A stretch of DNA of 64,000 nt. Source: Narcine bancroftii. Lineage: Eukaryota. Made by a program: the position numbers and the translations under genes. Location: NCBI RefSeq assembly GCF_036971445.1, contig NC_091469.1, positions 377,084,001 through 377,148,000 on the forward strand. The letters are read 5' to 3'. Below the pieces are notes generated by a model that saw only the letters and a program-made list of their open reading frames with translations, did no database searches and was not told the DNA's origin. Below are positions 1 through 13,592 of this stretch, piece by piece (the stretch's first letter is position 1; every line of letters starts with the position of its first letter).

Positions 1-149
1 TTTTGTTTAAAAATGCTGTTCGTGCAAGGGTCGTCTAGGTGCTTATCTAGATAGCATCTTTCTCCAAGAAGTGACTTTGTAAATGCCCATTATTGCTTAC
101 AATAAATATGCCAACTCCCTCCACAGCCCTTGGCCCAGATATGTCAGGA

Positions 150-930
150 CAGGCCTGGCCTTTCTCGCTGTCACCCAGCCTAGTGTTCGCGTCCGACCGC
201 TTGCTCGCTACACCAAACAGCGAGAGAAAGGGCAGGACGCTTGACTCCAGCCCCGGCCCTGTTACCCCCATGGCCTGTTGCTGACTGTTAACGATGTGGG
301 ACCAGCGCACTGTCCAGCAACCGGTCTCGGTCGGCGTGACACCCTTGGCCAAGCTCGGTCCCTCCCCTCGGCGGCCGTGGCCCCGGATCCTCCGCTTTAC
401 CTTTGTAGTGGACCCGCAGGTTGTTCTGAGACAGGCCGATGTAGCTGTACTTGTCCTTCGGACTCCAGCACCTCGGCAACGGCGTCTCCTGCTCGTCGAC
501 GGCCGGGTAAAGCCGCTTGAAGCGTTCCGCCAGTTCCTTCTCCTGCGGATTGAAGGCCGACTCCCCGTGCGCCGCCGCCGACAGCCCGGCCATGACTGCG
601 GGCTGTGAGGGATAGGAAAGGCCGAGGCCAGAGCCTGAGTGCCGGGCTTGACTGATCCGAAGCCGGGAAACCCGCAACGGCTGCCGCAAAGCCCGAGTGG
701 ACACGGCCGAACCTCCCTCACCCGACGCTCGCTTCTGTCCGCCGAAGCCGAGCTGCCGTTACTGCATCCGACGCCCGCCCGCTCTCCTCATTGGCTGCCC
801 GCTTTCCCCGCAGCCAGCACGACCGCAGCGCGGGGCCAGGGGGCGGGGCAAAGGGTGAAGGGGCGGGGATTGGGCTGAGGGGGGCAGGGGCGGGGGCAAG
901 GCGGGGGCGGGGCCTGGGCCTTCCAGGAGC
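150..930 (-). promoter_or_regulatory. CpG island / TATA-less promoter of RANBP9 with GC boxes and CCAAT boxes
   Basis: High CpG density; several GGGGCGGGG Sp/KLF boxes at 839-912; ATTGG (CCAAT on minus) at 790-794 and 869-873. Confidence 0.85.
401..593 (-). CDS. RANBP9: RAN-binding protein 9 (RanBPM), coding exon 1; gene continues beyond the left edge
   Basis: Translates [64 protein letters not shown](G), matching the RanBP9 segment [52 protein letters not shown] before the SPRY domain. Strong Kozak GTCATGG; phase-1 donor AAAG|GTAAAG at 401/400. Adjacency to MCUR1 favours RANBP9 over RANBP10. Confidence 0.93.
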
Positions 931-1439
931 TAGAGATCGTGACCAGTTGGGAGGCAACGTCTCTGAGCGGCTGGAGAAGGATCCGCCGTGGCTCCTCCAT
1001 GTACTGAATGTGTTCGTCGCTGTCCCATCGCATACTTATCTCCTCGTTGAAGTCTAACCCCATCATCGCAACTGGTGAGTATGCACGCTCCCTGCCAGGG
1101 CACCTGGAGTGGGCCGCTGCTCTGTCATGGGGACAATTTATCTTCATGTGTAGGGGTTTCTTCTCCTTCGACGGGCTCTTGGAGTCAGTAGGACTTGATT
1201 CCACTCATTTGTGTGGGTTGTCAGTTGTCATCTGGCCCTGTGAAACTGGGTTGGCAGTAAAAGCTAAATCAGATACCCAGCAGTTGGGATGGAGTATTGG
1301 TTGAGGGGTTCTTCCAGCAGGACATCCTTGCCATCTCTCTCTTGACCAGTGGCATGATGGGTTAGGTTCCGGTGTCCGAATCTCGAATGTTGCGTGAAAT
1401 CTTGTTTCTTTGAACCAGGTACTGGTTATGACTTGCTGA

Positions 1440-2360
1440 AGCAGTACACAAATGTGCTGGAGAAGCTCAGCAAGTCATGCCGCATCCGTAGAAAGCAAAA
1501 GTCGGTCGACGTTTCGAGTTTGAGGCCTTCTTGATGCACGTGCCTTCCTTGTGACCCATCCTGTCCATCATACCTTCACAGAGGGTTGCATCCTTTCTAA
1601 CGCTGGCATTCATGCATTCATGGCTCAGCTTGTCTCCCTCTCTGAGGCACAGGCTGGAATTTTCTCAAGATTGGAGTAGAAATTCATCCTTACCTTAGCT
1701 TGTCTGATCCTTGTCGCATGCCTTACAGGAGGTGTTGAGGAAATACAGCCGACACCGTAAAACCCATCCATCCGGCTTCAGATTTCCCTTGAAGAAGCTC
1801 GTGGGTCCAGCATCTTTGTTATCCGAACTGGATGACACGTGTCTGATGCAGAGTTTCCACTGCTGAAGCTGACTGTGCCAGTCTTCCTGTTCCAGATACC
1901 AAACTCCTTTTGGGGCGAAAGATGCCCGTCCTTGATATAATGTGTGGAATAGCTGTTGTGCAACATCTCCAACACGGGTCTTGAACGAGTTGGCTCCTTT
2001 ATTGGGATTGTTGCACGGGCAGAGAGATTCGGCTGATATCACCAATTTGGAGATCTGTTGAAATCTGCGCAGGACAAGCTGGAGCCAGACAGGGAAGTGC
2101 ACCGAGGAAGGAATGTGACTGTGGAAGTGACCACTCAGCAACCATGATCAACAAGTAGATCCGCAGATGCTGGGAGCATTTAGCCAGCATCGTAAGAGAA
2201 ACCAGTTAACATTTCGTACAGTCCGAGAGTTACATTCAACCCAACCAGCCAATCCACTGTCTACCTGATCTAGTCCAATTTGTAATTGGCCTATAACTGT
2301 GTAACACGAATCCAGAACGGATCTGTTTTTGTTTCAGATTCCAGAATCTTCAGTTTTATT
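1440..2360 (-). mobile_element. Degenerate Penelope-like element pieces (pseudo-LTR remnants and possible 5' ORF remnant)
   Basis: GTGCTGGAGAAGCTCAGCAAGTCA...GTCGACGTTTCGAG (1455-1520) and GCAGATGCTGGGA (2163) are the same terminal motif seen on the GIY-YIG-bearing copies at 4440 and 17580; the intervening ORF is frameshifted. Confidence 0.5.
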
Positions 2361-2459
2361 TGCTTCCCATTCTTTATTCAGACTGCAGTGGTTTGATCAC
2401 TAACCAATCTGACACTCTCGGGATGATAAACCATCACAATGTACAGACTTTTCACAGAA

Positions 2460-2920
2460 GAGTTCAATGTTCAACATGATTTTGTTCGATGTGCAGATCC
2501 ACCGACATTCTTACAGTTGCATCGATTAAAATAGTAAAAATCTAAATAACCGCAAATTGCCAAGACAGAAAAGATAATAAATATCAAATGATAAATAAAT
2601 ATTCACAGTTGCAGTTAGTACAAGAAAAAAAGTGAAATTTCAGTAGTGCAGACAAATCTTCTGGTGGTCCCGGAGTAGTTTATGGTCAGAGCTAGCTGCT
2701 GGATAAAAACAAAACTATTCTCTAACCAGGGTGTGCTGGATTTCATGCTTCTGCCTGGAGGTATCAACGAAAGGAGATTGTGAGCAGGGTGTTGGGGGTC
2801 CTTTGTGATGCTGGCTATCTTCTTAAGGCAGCGCTGGATGCTTTCAATGGATGAGAGGTACCGTTGTTGATGGACCTGACTAGGTTTGCAACTTTTTGCA
2901 GCCTTCTGTGTTCTTTGGCA
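2460..2920 (-). mobile_element. Rex1/Babar-type LINE 3' fragment
   Basis: Similar to the 3' ends of the other Rex-type copies (GGGTGTTGGGGGTCCTTTGTGATGCTGGCT..TTCTTAAGGCAGCG). Confidence 0.55.
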
Positions 2921-3989
2921 TTATTATCAGAGATTAGTTATCCATTTTAATGTATATTTTGACACCTTGTCTCATATCGACTCCGAATTCCTCCCAGTAG
3001 CTCTCGATAATTAACAGAAGGGAGTAACCATCAAGACTACCCTGTGACGTAGTCCTTGTAAACAGCTCATCTCCTGGACAGGCCATTTAAAAAGGTGCCA
3101 ACTGCATTTTTTAAAACATTGATTTCATTATAATTAAAGCAACCAATTAAAATTATGACCAACTTTGCAGCTGATAATTTATAGGGTTACTTTCCTGTTA
3201 AGTTTATATTAATAGTATTAAAATCACGTTAATACCACCAGAGCTCGGCCTGAATCCACTGTGAATCTATTTGTTGCGAACAATTGCCAGTGTTTCAATG
3301 TTACACTCTTGCCCACACACTTTCACTCCTCTGATCTACTGTCCCCACGCAATCGTTATTTGAACAGGTGCGTGCAAGGTTACTTATTCCAGCCCTCCAA
3401 TATCGTCTGTTTTTGCCAAATATACCTCCCTGATTGTTGAATTCTGACCCCTCAGTTTCCCGATTAGACATCTCGTTGAAATATAATTATGGTAATCAGA
3501 AACAGATCAATAGGGGTATTAAATGTGTGACTGACAAGGTGGGAGAATGGAAATTGTGAGCAGACCAAAGAAGACTCGTCTTGGAACTAGATACCAAGAG
3601 ATATGAAAAATGAAACAAGTTGAGAGTTTTATTTTAGAAATTTTCTCAGGCGTTTTTCTTTCATGGATCTCACCGTCCATCCGATCAGGAGCATGTTCAA
3701 CAACGCTGGAATGTACGACGAACCTCTTACTCGTTTTCTTTTTGCCCTCTAATGTAACAGCTGACTTAAAAAAAAATCCTACATTACATTTACACCAACA
3801 TGCAGCAGGGAGCAGTGAATCGCAAACTTCATTCTCTGTCCAGTTTCTCAAATTCTCGTTTACACATTGTTCTGAAACAAAAACAAACCTCCTTATGAGG
3901 TTACATCTCTTTGAGATGACTACAGAATCAACCGTAATTAGATTAGATCAGCAGGAAAAAAAAATTTATCATTTACTTGGGTATGTTTA

Positions 3990-4440
3990 TCCACTCATCA
4001 AATTTAAATTTGCCGATAATATCATGGTATGCACCAGAATCACAGACGGCAATGAGGAAATGTACAGGAGGGAGCTAGATCAGCTGGTTGAGTGGTCTCA
4101 CAACCACCACCTTGCACTCAATGTTAGCAAAACTAAGGTGCTGATGCAGACTTCAGGAGGGAATATCGTTAGGACCACAAGTCCTCATGGAGGGGGTCAA
4201 CAGTGGAGAGGAGCTTCACTGGGTGTCAATATCTGTGAGGATCTGTCCTGAGGCCTCCACGTCAATGCAGTCAGAAGGCTTCCCAGTGGCTGTACTTCCT
4301 GAGTAGATTGAGGAGATTTGGCATGTCACCAAAGACTCAAAAATTTCTACAGGTTTAACATAGAGACCAAGCTGTCTGGTGGCACACTGTCTGTCTCACA
4401 GCTTCCATCCTCAATGAGTAATACATGCAAGTTTGCAGAG
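3990..4440 (+). mobile_element. Rex1/Babar-type LINE RT fragment
   Basis: LIKFKFADNIMVCTRITDGNEEMYRRELDQLVEWSHNHHLALNVSKTKV is the RT FADD region followed by the LNVSKTKE motif. Confidence 0.75.
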
Positions 4441-5880
4441 GTTGAAGTAAAAATACAATGCTGGAAAAACTCAGCAGGTCAAACAGTGTACTTTATATAG
4501 CAAAGATTAAGATACACAAGCAACCCTTCAAAATATGAGTAAAATGTAGGCAGGCATCTACAAAACAGTAGATGAGAGGAGCAAGGGAACAAGACAGGAA
4601 TTAATACATGGATAAGGGAGGGAGGAGGGGACGACTGTGAATGTAAAGGGGTTAGAGCTGAAGGAAAGAAAAGGAGATAGAGGAGAGAGAATGGGAAGTA
4701 AGCTAGCAGAAACTAGAGAAGTCAATGTTAATGCCATCTGGTTGGAGTGTCCAGGCAGATTGCTTCACCAATATAGAGTTGGCCTTGGTTTGACAGACAT
4801 GACAGCACAGGAATAGATGTAGCTTTGAAATGGTTGGCCATTGGGACATCCTTGTCATTGTTGCAGAGCAAAGGTGCTCAGTGATCCAACAGTCTGCATC
4901 ATCTTTCTGTCGTAGAGACAGCCATAATGGAGGGCTAGATGCAGTAGATACTCTCACAGATTCACAAGTGAAGTATTGCTTCAATTGGAAGGACAGTTTG
5001 GAGCCTCAAATGGTGGGGTAAGAAATGTGGCACTTCCTATGGCCACAGGGAAGGTGCCAGCGGTGATTAATAGGAAGGGATGAGTAAACATGGGAGTCTT
5101 AGAGGGAGCTGTCCCTATGGAGAGGGGAAGATGTCTGGTGGTGGGATCATTTGTAGGTGATGGAAATTTTAGAGAATAGCATGTTGGATACAGAGGGATA
5201 GTAAGTGAGGACAATGGGAAATCATGGTTGTTTTGTTGCTTTTGGGGAGGCGACTAGGGCAGATGAGCAGGAAATGGAAGAGACATAGGTAAGGGCTGAG
5301 TTGATTGTGGTGGAGGGGAAGCCATGTTTTTAGGAGGTTGCTTTGGATGGTCTGAATAGGAAGAACATACTGAAGGAGATACGACAGAGGAATTGAAAGG
5401 AATAGAATTCTTGCAGGGGACTGGGTGTGAAGAAGAGTAGTCAAGGCAGTTGTGGGAGTTGGTATTTTGCAAAAAAAAAAAAAAAAAATGCCTGTAGGAA
5501 GCTCACCTCCAAAGTTGGTGACAGAGATCAAGAAAGGAGAGAGTTTCACCAGAGATGGACCTCATGAATTTGTCAGGATGAAAATTAGCAGCAAAGTGAA
5601 TAAAGTTGATGAGCTCATCATGGGTGCATGCGGCAGCACCAATGCTGTGGAGGAAAGGTTGAGGTGCCTTGCTTGTGTAGGCTTGCAATGTGGATTGCTC
5701 TGCAAAGCAGGCAGTGGAGGTTTAACTTCGGCACCATGTCAAGTGCAGACATGTCGATGGAAGGGCTTGTTCCTGTGCTATACTATTTTATGTTCCACTG
5801 TTGGCAGTGTCAATTTAATTTCCAAAGTCCCCACAGACTTCTCCACAATGACTGTCCTCTCTCCAGATTTTTAATTAATC
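4440..5880 (-). mobile_element. Penelope-like retroelement (RT C-terminus, GIY-YIG endonuclease, terminal pLTR), decayed
   Basis: IGAAACTHDELINFIHFAANFHPDKFMRSISGETLSFLDL (PLE RT) and KQYFTCES...EHLCS...LQPDGINIDFSSF (GIY-YIG region), interrupted by frameshifts. Confidence 0.8.
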
Positions 5881-8800
5881 TATCTCTAGAACCTCCTTAT
5901 GTGAGTTCAATATCAAATTTTGTTTGATGCTCCTGCAAAACCTGGAAATTTCCTGAGTTTATAATCATAAAGGCAGGTTTTGTTTCAGAATTGGCATAAC
6001 CATTGTGGGAACCTGAATTGGGCCTGTCAAGACTCCAGGTCATAGTTATGAGATTTTGTCAATTGGACTGATATGTGAAGGGTCAAGATCTTAGCTCAAT
6101 AAGCATATGCAGATGCAATTCAGAAAAGGCAACATTTTAAGGAACTGACTGCAGTAATTAAAACTATTAAATATGTTGACACTCAATTAAAAACTCATTT
6201 CATGTTAAATCAAAATCCCATAGGTAGTCACGTTGAAATCTTTATTTCAAAGAGACACCCATTCTTAGCAGTTGTGAATAAATTAGCTCCACTCTTAAAA
6301 TAAATTTAAATGAAAATGTTTTGAAGTATTATTCTTGCTGAAAATGTTATTTCTGTCTGCAAAATCCACATGAATTTTAACAGGAACCTGAAGTTTAATC
6401 AAATCACAGCAATTTCCCCACACAAAAGGTTTGTTAGAGGAGTAGTTTTTTGCACTTTATTTTCCAGTAACATCAATCTTCACTGCTCAGATATTTCATT
6501 TTGGTAAAAGTCAGGGGTTGAAAGCCAGCCATGAGGGAGAAATAAACCTTCAAAAGCAAATCTTTTATATTTTAGAAACTTCATAGCTAACACAAGCAAA
6601 ATGTACACCTACTATCCAGATGAAAGTATAAAGCACTATAATAATTGAGAGTCACCACATATGTCAGTGTCTTTGTATTTAAGGTGGATTACAAAAAAGA
6701 CATGAGTATTACAACCAAAGGCAAGACTGTAACATGTTCAAAACAATCTTGGCTCAGTTTTGTTGCCTGCTCATCTCTATGCCAGAATCACAAGATTATT
6801 TTAAGTCTTAGTGAAATTGAACAGAAATAAATTATAATGTAAAAACTTTCCAGTATCCCAACTTGCCAACAAAGCACTCAAACTGGCTGTATGATGTTGT
6901 GGAAGCTGCAAAGCATTGAACTCGAAGTCAATACAAAGGATCATTAAAATGGCTGAGATCACTGTGTCTTTTATGACATTCACTGGGAAGAATTAAGGAT
7001 CCCTACCATCATTCACATAGGAACTTTGACCCACTACCATCAGGGAGGAGGTGGTACAGGAAAATCAAAATCAGGACTGCTAGACTAGGAAACTGCTTCT
7101 TGCAGGCTGTGACTTTGAGTTTCTTATAAATGAAATGGGTAAATTATTCTAAAATATACACATTAATTTTATTGTTATATGTTTGTATGCACTGAGGTCT
7201 GCAGAAACATTGTTTGTCTGATTGTAATGTAGTCAGATAATGAACTCTACTACTGTGTAATCCTCAAGGCAGATGAAATGTCAGGTAAATAAAAAAAACA
7301 AGTGCTTCAATCCAATACTTTTTCAAATTTGCTCTTGAAGCTCATCTACAGGACAAGTTTCAAGTTTGCAATGCACCTTGCACAACACAGTAAAGTTTGA
7401 ATCTATGCCAAAAAAGCAACACTTGCATTAATCTTGTCTGATCTTTAAATTGACCTCTGATAAAATCAAGGAAGATTTTATTCTAAATTGTTCCATCTTC
7501 AGCGTATCTAATATTGGAATGGTCTTCAAATACAACTACTTAAAAAAAAAACTACCTGGAAGGAGATAGGTATTTGATTTCAATGTGCTTGATAAGACCA
7601 TCAGCTTCAAAAATGAGCAAAAAATACACACCAACATCTAAACATTTTCCTTACCTAGTCTGGTTTTCCTTCCAAATACAATGGCTCCAATTAGTTGAAA
7701 TAAATACCATCATATCACCAGTATCTTACCCAAGTACTGGCAAGTGAATAATAGCAAGTTCTGACTGGCCAGGTCTGGACTTACGACCCCTAAAAATCCA
7801 TACCAATACCTATTGCTATTAAGCCATTGGACAATTAGCAGGTACCAGATCTTAGCTGATTTATTTCCCTTTTTTTTTAAAAAAAATAAAATTACCAGCT
7901 ACCTTAAATCAGTTAATGTTCTGTGGTGAGTCCATTTTAGGAGCAGGAGCCAGCTATCCAATTTCAAAATTGTGTTATCATTCAATTTCTTAAGAGCTGA
8001 TGTATGTATACCTTAAATCTACCAACTTTGTTTCAGTAATCTTAACATTCACTATTAATAAAAATATTTTCAGATGGAAAACTCAGCTGACCAGGTTTCA
8101 AGTTTTTTTTTTATAGTTCTTTTAATCATTTCAAGGATCTCAATTGAAGTCATCCCCTCAAAGTCTAAAGGCAATACTAACATGTGAATCGTCTGCTTAA
8201 GTTATCCCTTACACCCTCAATATTATAGTGAATCTACACTCGAATATAAGTTATACTTTGAACTGCCCATAGTACTTTAAAAATGATCTAATCAAAGCTC
8301 TAACTTCCAGTATTTACTTCACCTCTTGTCAGATGAAAGGTATTATGAACTTGAAACATTATATCTGATTCTCTCACCACAGATGCTGCCCAATCTGCTG
8401 ATTATTTCCAGTATTTCCCAATTTTGATACCATCTCTGGGAGAAAAATTAAAAAATAATCCCATTTCTATGAGAAACCAGTTTTGTCTTAAATCTCAACT
8501 CCATTTACTTTAAAAACAATGGTCTCTACCTCAATTACAATTGGCACTAAAGTAACACATTTCATTGTAATTTTTCCCAGTACCTCTGTCAATAGTAATT
8601 TCAGATTGATAAATTTGTCTTGGCAAGTGCTGTTTTTTCTATTCATACTTGAAACACCAAAAAGAAAAACCTACAATAATCATTCTCATCACTGACATTA
8701 GAGAATTGTTTAAATATTTTTTAAGTGATCAGATGTCCAAATTGCCTACAGTATTCAGTGGCCTATCCAATGAATCACAGAATTATTAGTTACTAAATTC

Positions 8801-10169
8801 TTAGGTTAAATCACACTCTAGTTCTGTTTGAACTAAATGCAAGAATTCACAAAATTTCATTATATGTATGGGGTACCAATTGAGAAAGTGGACTAAATAG
8901 AGTACGATTTGATCCAAGGCAGAGCAATGAGACAAAAGATAATTTTACAGATAAATACACAATATATTCTCTTATGTTATTGGTGGAGACTAATACAGAA
9001 AATCTTGAAATCAATGCACTTTATAATCATTAAGAAGTTAGCAGTTAATTGTCATGGTTTTCAAGTAGCATTTTATATGCTAAATATTAGGTATTAAAAA
9101 GTCAAACTTGTTAATTCCTTTCATATGCAGAATTCCTTTCCTTTTGTAAATGTCTTTTGTTCCAAGCACTAGACAAACTCAGTTTGTTGAAAACTTCAAA
9201 ATCATTATACATGCATCTTTGGATTATTTGGGCACAATATACATATTCATAATCACAACTATTCACACATGAAACAGGACCAAATAAAGGCCTAACAACT
9301 AAAGCTTTTCTCCCCGCAGAAAAAAAGTGACTCAAGGCTTCAAAGACTAATCTCAAGTACCCTGTCTTTCCTCAATACAGTCCAGCAAAGTAATCAATTG
9401 ACATTTTCTAAAAGTAATCACAATACTTAACAGAATCTGGATGGCTTGATTAGGCACATTTTGTTGATCCTATAAACATAACAAATAGCAGGATAAAAAT
9501 CACAGCCTGTTACAAAGTGGCAGAAGAGATTGTTTCATTGGTGACGAGAAAATTAAAGACTACAAATTAGTCTTGGAATTAAATAATTATACAAAATAGA
9601 AAATATTAATTGAACTTAAAATCAGGTGTATAAAATTCATTGTGACCTTACTTGTGCATTGTAAACATTCCAAGTGCAGTGGATTAAATATATTAAAGAT
9701 GGACCTTGTTGCACTGTGTTATGTCACCTGCAGCCCCTACATGCCCAAATCTAACTAGGTTGGGTACTGACGATTAGCTTCTCTCAGCTTCCACACCCAC
9801 ATTAAGAAGCTGGGGTGGCCAGAAAATTGGCCTCCAATGGTGTAGACAGAGGAACCACCCATTGTCCTCTGACAGAAGACAAAGATTTGCTTCTGTCAAA
9901 GAAGAAAGTGACTAACATTGGAATTATATCAGACACACAGACTTAATGTGGTCAAATTGGATCAGTGTTGATGGCTAATAAGGTTAGCGTGGATGTGGTG
10001 GCTGAAGAGCAATTTCTGTGTTCTGTGATTATAACATTAAAATAATTTAAAATTGTGCACTGATAGCATAGCAATTATAAACATTACACAAAAGTCAAAC
10101 CTCAGAAGAACCTTCCCATTTAGCTCTTATTCCATAATCCTAGAATTCTGTAGCGAAGTTTAAGTTTGT

Positions 10170-10630
10170 CAAGTATACTGAGGTAGTAAGAGTTTGCTTT
10201 GCATGCAATCCAGCTAGTTAACCCATAAATAATACAAAGTGATTAAAGCAGTAGAGAATTAGAGAGGTATCAGTTAGAATAAAGCAAGAATAATATTATT
10301 TTAGTAGTGCAAGGTTTGTTCAGGAGTCTGACAGCAGAAGGAATAAAACTTCCCTTAAAACTGGAGGTGTGTGATCTCTCACTACTGAATCTTCTTCCCA
10401 ACAGGAAGAGGGAAAAGGGAGTGTGGCAAAGGTGGGAGGACTTTAATATGTTTAATATTTGATTGCCTTCACTTCCAATGATTGTGCACGACTTACTGAG
10501 TTTATCCAACACTTGCACTTTGCTTTGAACTCTTTAATATGTTGGTAGCTTTTCCAAAGCAGCAGGAAGTGGAGATGGAGTCAATGGAGAAGAAGGGGTT
10601 TGCATAATTGTTTGACCTGGATTCACAACT
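10170..10630 (-). mobile_element. Rex1/Babar-type LINE 3' fragment
   Basis: HTPFSLFLLGRRFSSERSHTSSFKGSFIPSAVRLLN is the typical C-terminus of these RT ORFs. Confidence 0.65.
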
Positions 10631-11792
10631 TTAGTTTATGGGATTGCATAATACCATCAATTTGTTAGAAAAAAAGGTGTAGAACTGAAGTACAACTAAT
10701 ATTTCATGGAGATAATCTATTACACCACAATGTGAGTAGAACAGAAGCCTGTAGTTTTATGCAGATCTAGTTCAACTGAGGGGAAATATTATTGGTTATA
10801 GATCAAAAATGGATGTTCAAAAACAAATCCCATCTTCTTGCCCCACCTCTTCCTCCCCCCCCACAAATCTGTACAGAAAGTGGCAAGATAATAGAAATGT
10901 TTTTCAACTTGTTAATGCAATAATCGATGGTTTTAATATTAATAAGACTACATTTTCATATTTTGGCATGAGTGGATTAATTAAATGACAAATTTCTTTA
11001 AAGATTTTTTTGTTAAAGGTTGCTTAACAAGTGGAAATATCTTCAAGGTGAAACAAAGTCTAGTAGCTCTGGCATAAATTAACACTTGGAGGACAAAGTT
11101 GAAAGAGCATTATGCAAGACAGTTATTTGTTGCTCTCATGTACTGTCTTACCATCTTCAGTATAAAAATTGGCACTACAAATTTTATGAAACTATAGCAC
11201 TGTTATAATCAACTAGGAACAAATCACAGGGCGATTATTAAATACTTGCAGGTCTAATTCCAGCATTGCCTATTGACTGTTTATCAGCTAGTAGTTCAAG
11301 TAGTCATGATGTGCACCATAAATATTGGAAACAGATCAAGATGCATCAAAAGAATGTGGGTTCTCAAATATTTAAAATTGGTCTACTCAATGAATTAGCA
11401 GCTGTTAGTCACCTTTTGGAAGTATCTGGTGTTCCAATGTACAATTTAGAATCACAAACAGCTGCCCAATTAAATGACCTTAATACTCTTATGGAACAAA
11501 AATAGAAAATGCATTTTAAATTAGTTCAAAATTTTCAGTTACAACCCTCAGTTTAAATTACAGTAATCAAATGTATTTTTACAAAGTAAATATTAAAGAC
11601 AAAATTCTCTCATGCTTAAAACTCTTATAGAATGAATGAAAATGAATGAAAGAATTAATTAATTAATTAATATGCAACTTTTTTTGGTTCCTTGCAGCAC
11701 TTAACGCAATTTGGAAGATATTTCCACTGTTTACAATCAAAGGTCATTCTTCCTGATTCTTTCAGAACAAAGATCCAGCGAGGAATTAAATT

Positions 11793-11848
11793 TCATACCC
11801 AGAGGCGATAAAATCCAAGCACTATGGTAAGACACGTGAAAACTGAAC
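11793..11848 (-). CDS. MCUR1: MCUR1 exon 9 (last coding exon, TM helix)
   Basis: (G)SVFTCLTIVLGFYRLWV* versus human GSIFTCLTVALGFYRLWI; acceptor ttttag; TGA at 11795-11793. Confidence 0.96.
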
Positions 11849-12479
11849 CTAAAAAGAAACATACGAGATAAAGATCAATCTTACACTTTAGTCATTTCAC
11901 TTGTTAATAGTTATTTATAAGAGCTGTTGGGTTTAATTCTTGTGTATGCATTGTAAAAAAAACAGCTGCCTTGAACACAATTCCTCTTCTTGAATCTCCA
12001 TTGAAATAAATTGTGTAGTCTATTTTTACACTGCCAATTAGAGGTAATTCTGCTGTGCCCACAAGTACTCCATCAATAAATCTGAGACTGAGGGAGTCCA
12101 TTGTGGCACATAGCTTTGCAGAATCAGTAGGCACTACTGTGATCAGGGTAATAAATATCAATATTTAGCTTAAGCAAGTCAGTGAGAGGGGCGCATCACA
12201 GATGCATCAAAAATGACTGAACTTTAGTGACTAAAATACCGGTACAGAAATTATGTTTTGGCAATGTTCATATCCAAAAACATCTGAAAGTCTTTTGCAC
12301 GTTTATAACTTGATCACAAACACTTAAGCAGCCACTTATGGAATGTGGGTTTTCATTTAGTTTTGATATCTACAAAGCCAAATTTAGTGAAAATTTTTGA
12401 CAATTGTACTGGTACTACTGCTGAATATTTTCCCTCCATCTCATCGCTGCCTCCGAATATACAGGAGACATCCAGTTAT

Positions 12480-13180
12480 TATGTTTGAACCAATAACTCT
12501 AACTTTAACATAGCAAAAATGTTCCAAACTACTTCACAAGAGTGATATCAAATAAAATTTGACTCCATCATAAAGATATTAAACTGATTTTCAAATGAAT
12601 GGTTGAGGGATGGAGTAGAAGTTTCAGCAGAAGGAAGCAAGAAAGTGGACTTAAGGTGGGAGCCTGTGCCTTGGGCTTAAGATATGAATTCATGGTCACA
12701 TTTAGTGGAACAATTACAGACAAGAATTATAGAGTGCAGAGTTTTCAAAAGATACTCAGAAATAGGATGAGAAAAGCCCAGAGAGGAATTTAAAAACAAG
12801 TGCGAGCATACATTGAGTGGTGGGTTTAGTGGGACTGATTGCAAGAAATGGGTTCAAGTATATTGGATCATCTCAAATGCAGAGCGTGGAACAAGGTCCA
12901 TCCAAGCAGGATTTGAAAATGAGGTCTATGTATAACAGGGGCACAAAAAGATGTTTAATCACCAGACAGGCTGAAACAGAGTTAGATGGTCAGCTGGAAA
13001 TAAGCACTTATACCGATGACAGGAACACGTGCCCAATTTTGAGAGTGTGTGGTGGGTGGGTGAAATAACATCAAGACTGACATTTCAGACACAAGCTAGG
13101 GTGGGGAATAGAACCATTGACAAGGGAATGTTTTGATGACAAAGCGTGGTTTCAGTCTTCCCAATACCACTAAAAATATC
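12480..13180 (-). mobile_element. Old L2/CR1-group LINE fragment in MCUR1 intron 8
   Basis: Degenerate similarity to LINE 3' regions; the 56570-57060 fragment looks related. Family assignment tentative. Confidence 0.4.
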
Positions 13181-13592
13181 TGTTCACCAAATGGTCTTTT
13201 GTTAGTATTTTCCTCTAAAGCCGCAACATGCACGTGAAAGATGAAGGAGACGGGGTGCTAAGGATAACAGAGTTAATGGTGGAGCCACTTGAAGAAAAGT
13301 CATTGCAGACAAGTCTCTGGGTAGGAGCACATGAATAAGAAAGGGAAAAAGGCAAAGTGCTGTTCTCCCACCCACCTGAATAGTGATGCAGAGGTATTGG
13401 AGGGGGACAGTGAGGTCCTCTCATTCAAATGAAAATGATGGAGAAGCACTGGAGTGCATCTAGTAGATTATGTTGAAAGTTACAGATATGAGAAGAAGGA
13501 ATAAATAACCATCATGATATGCACACTGGATACCAGTGACTTTGATAAGTGCTATTCTATGGCATTGCCACAGCTGAAAATCTGATTCTTAC

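Noticed and set aside
47-957. Several long overlapping ORFs (224 aa, 104 aa, Pro-rich frames) over the RANBP9 5' end
   Set aside because: Expected by-products of a GC-rich CpG island. Only the 593-401 frame has family similarity and a splice donor; the Pro-rich frames simply read the GC-box tract.
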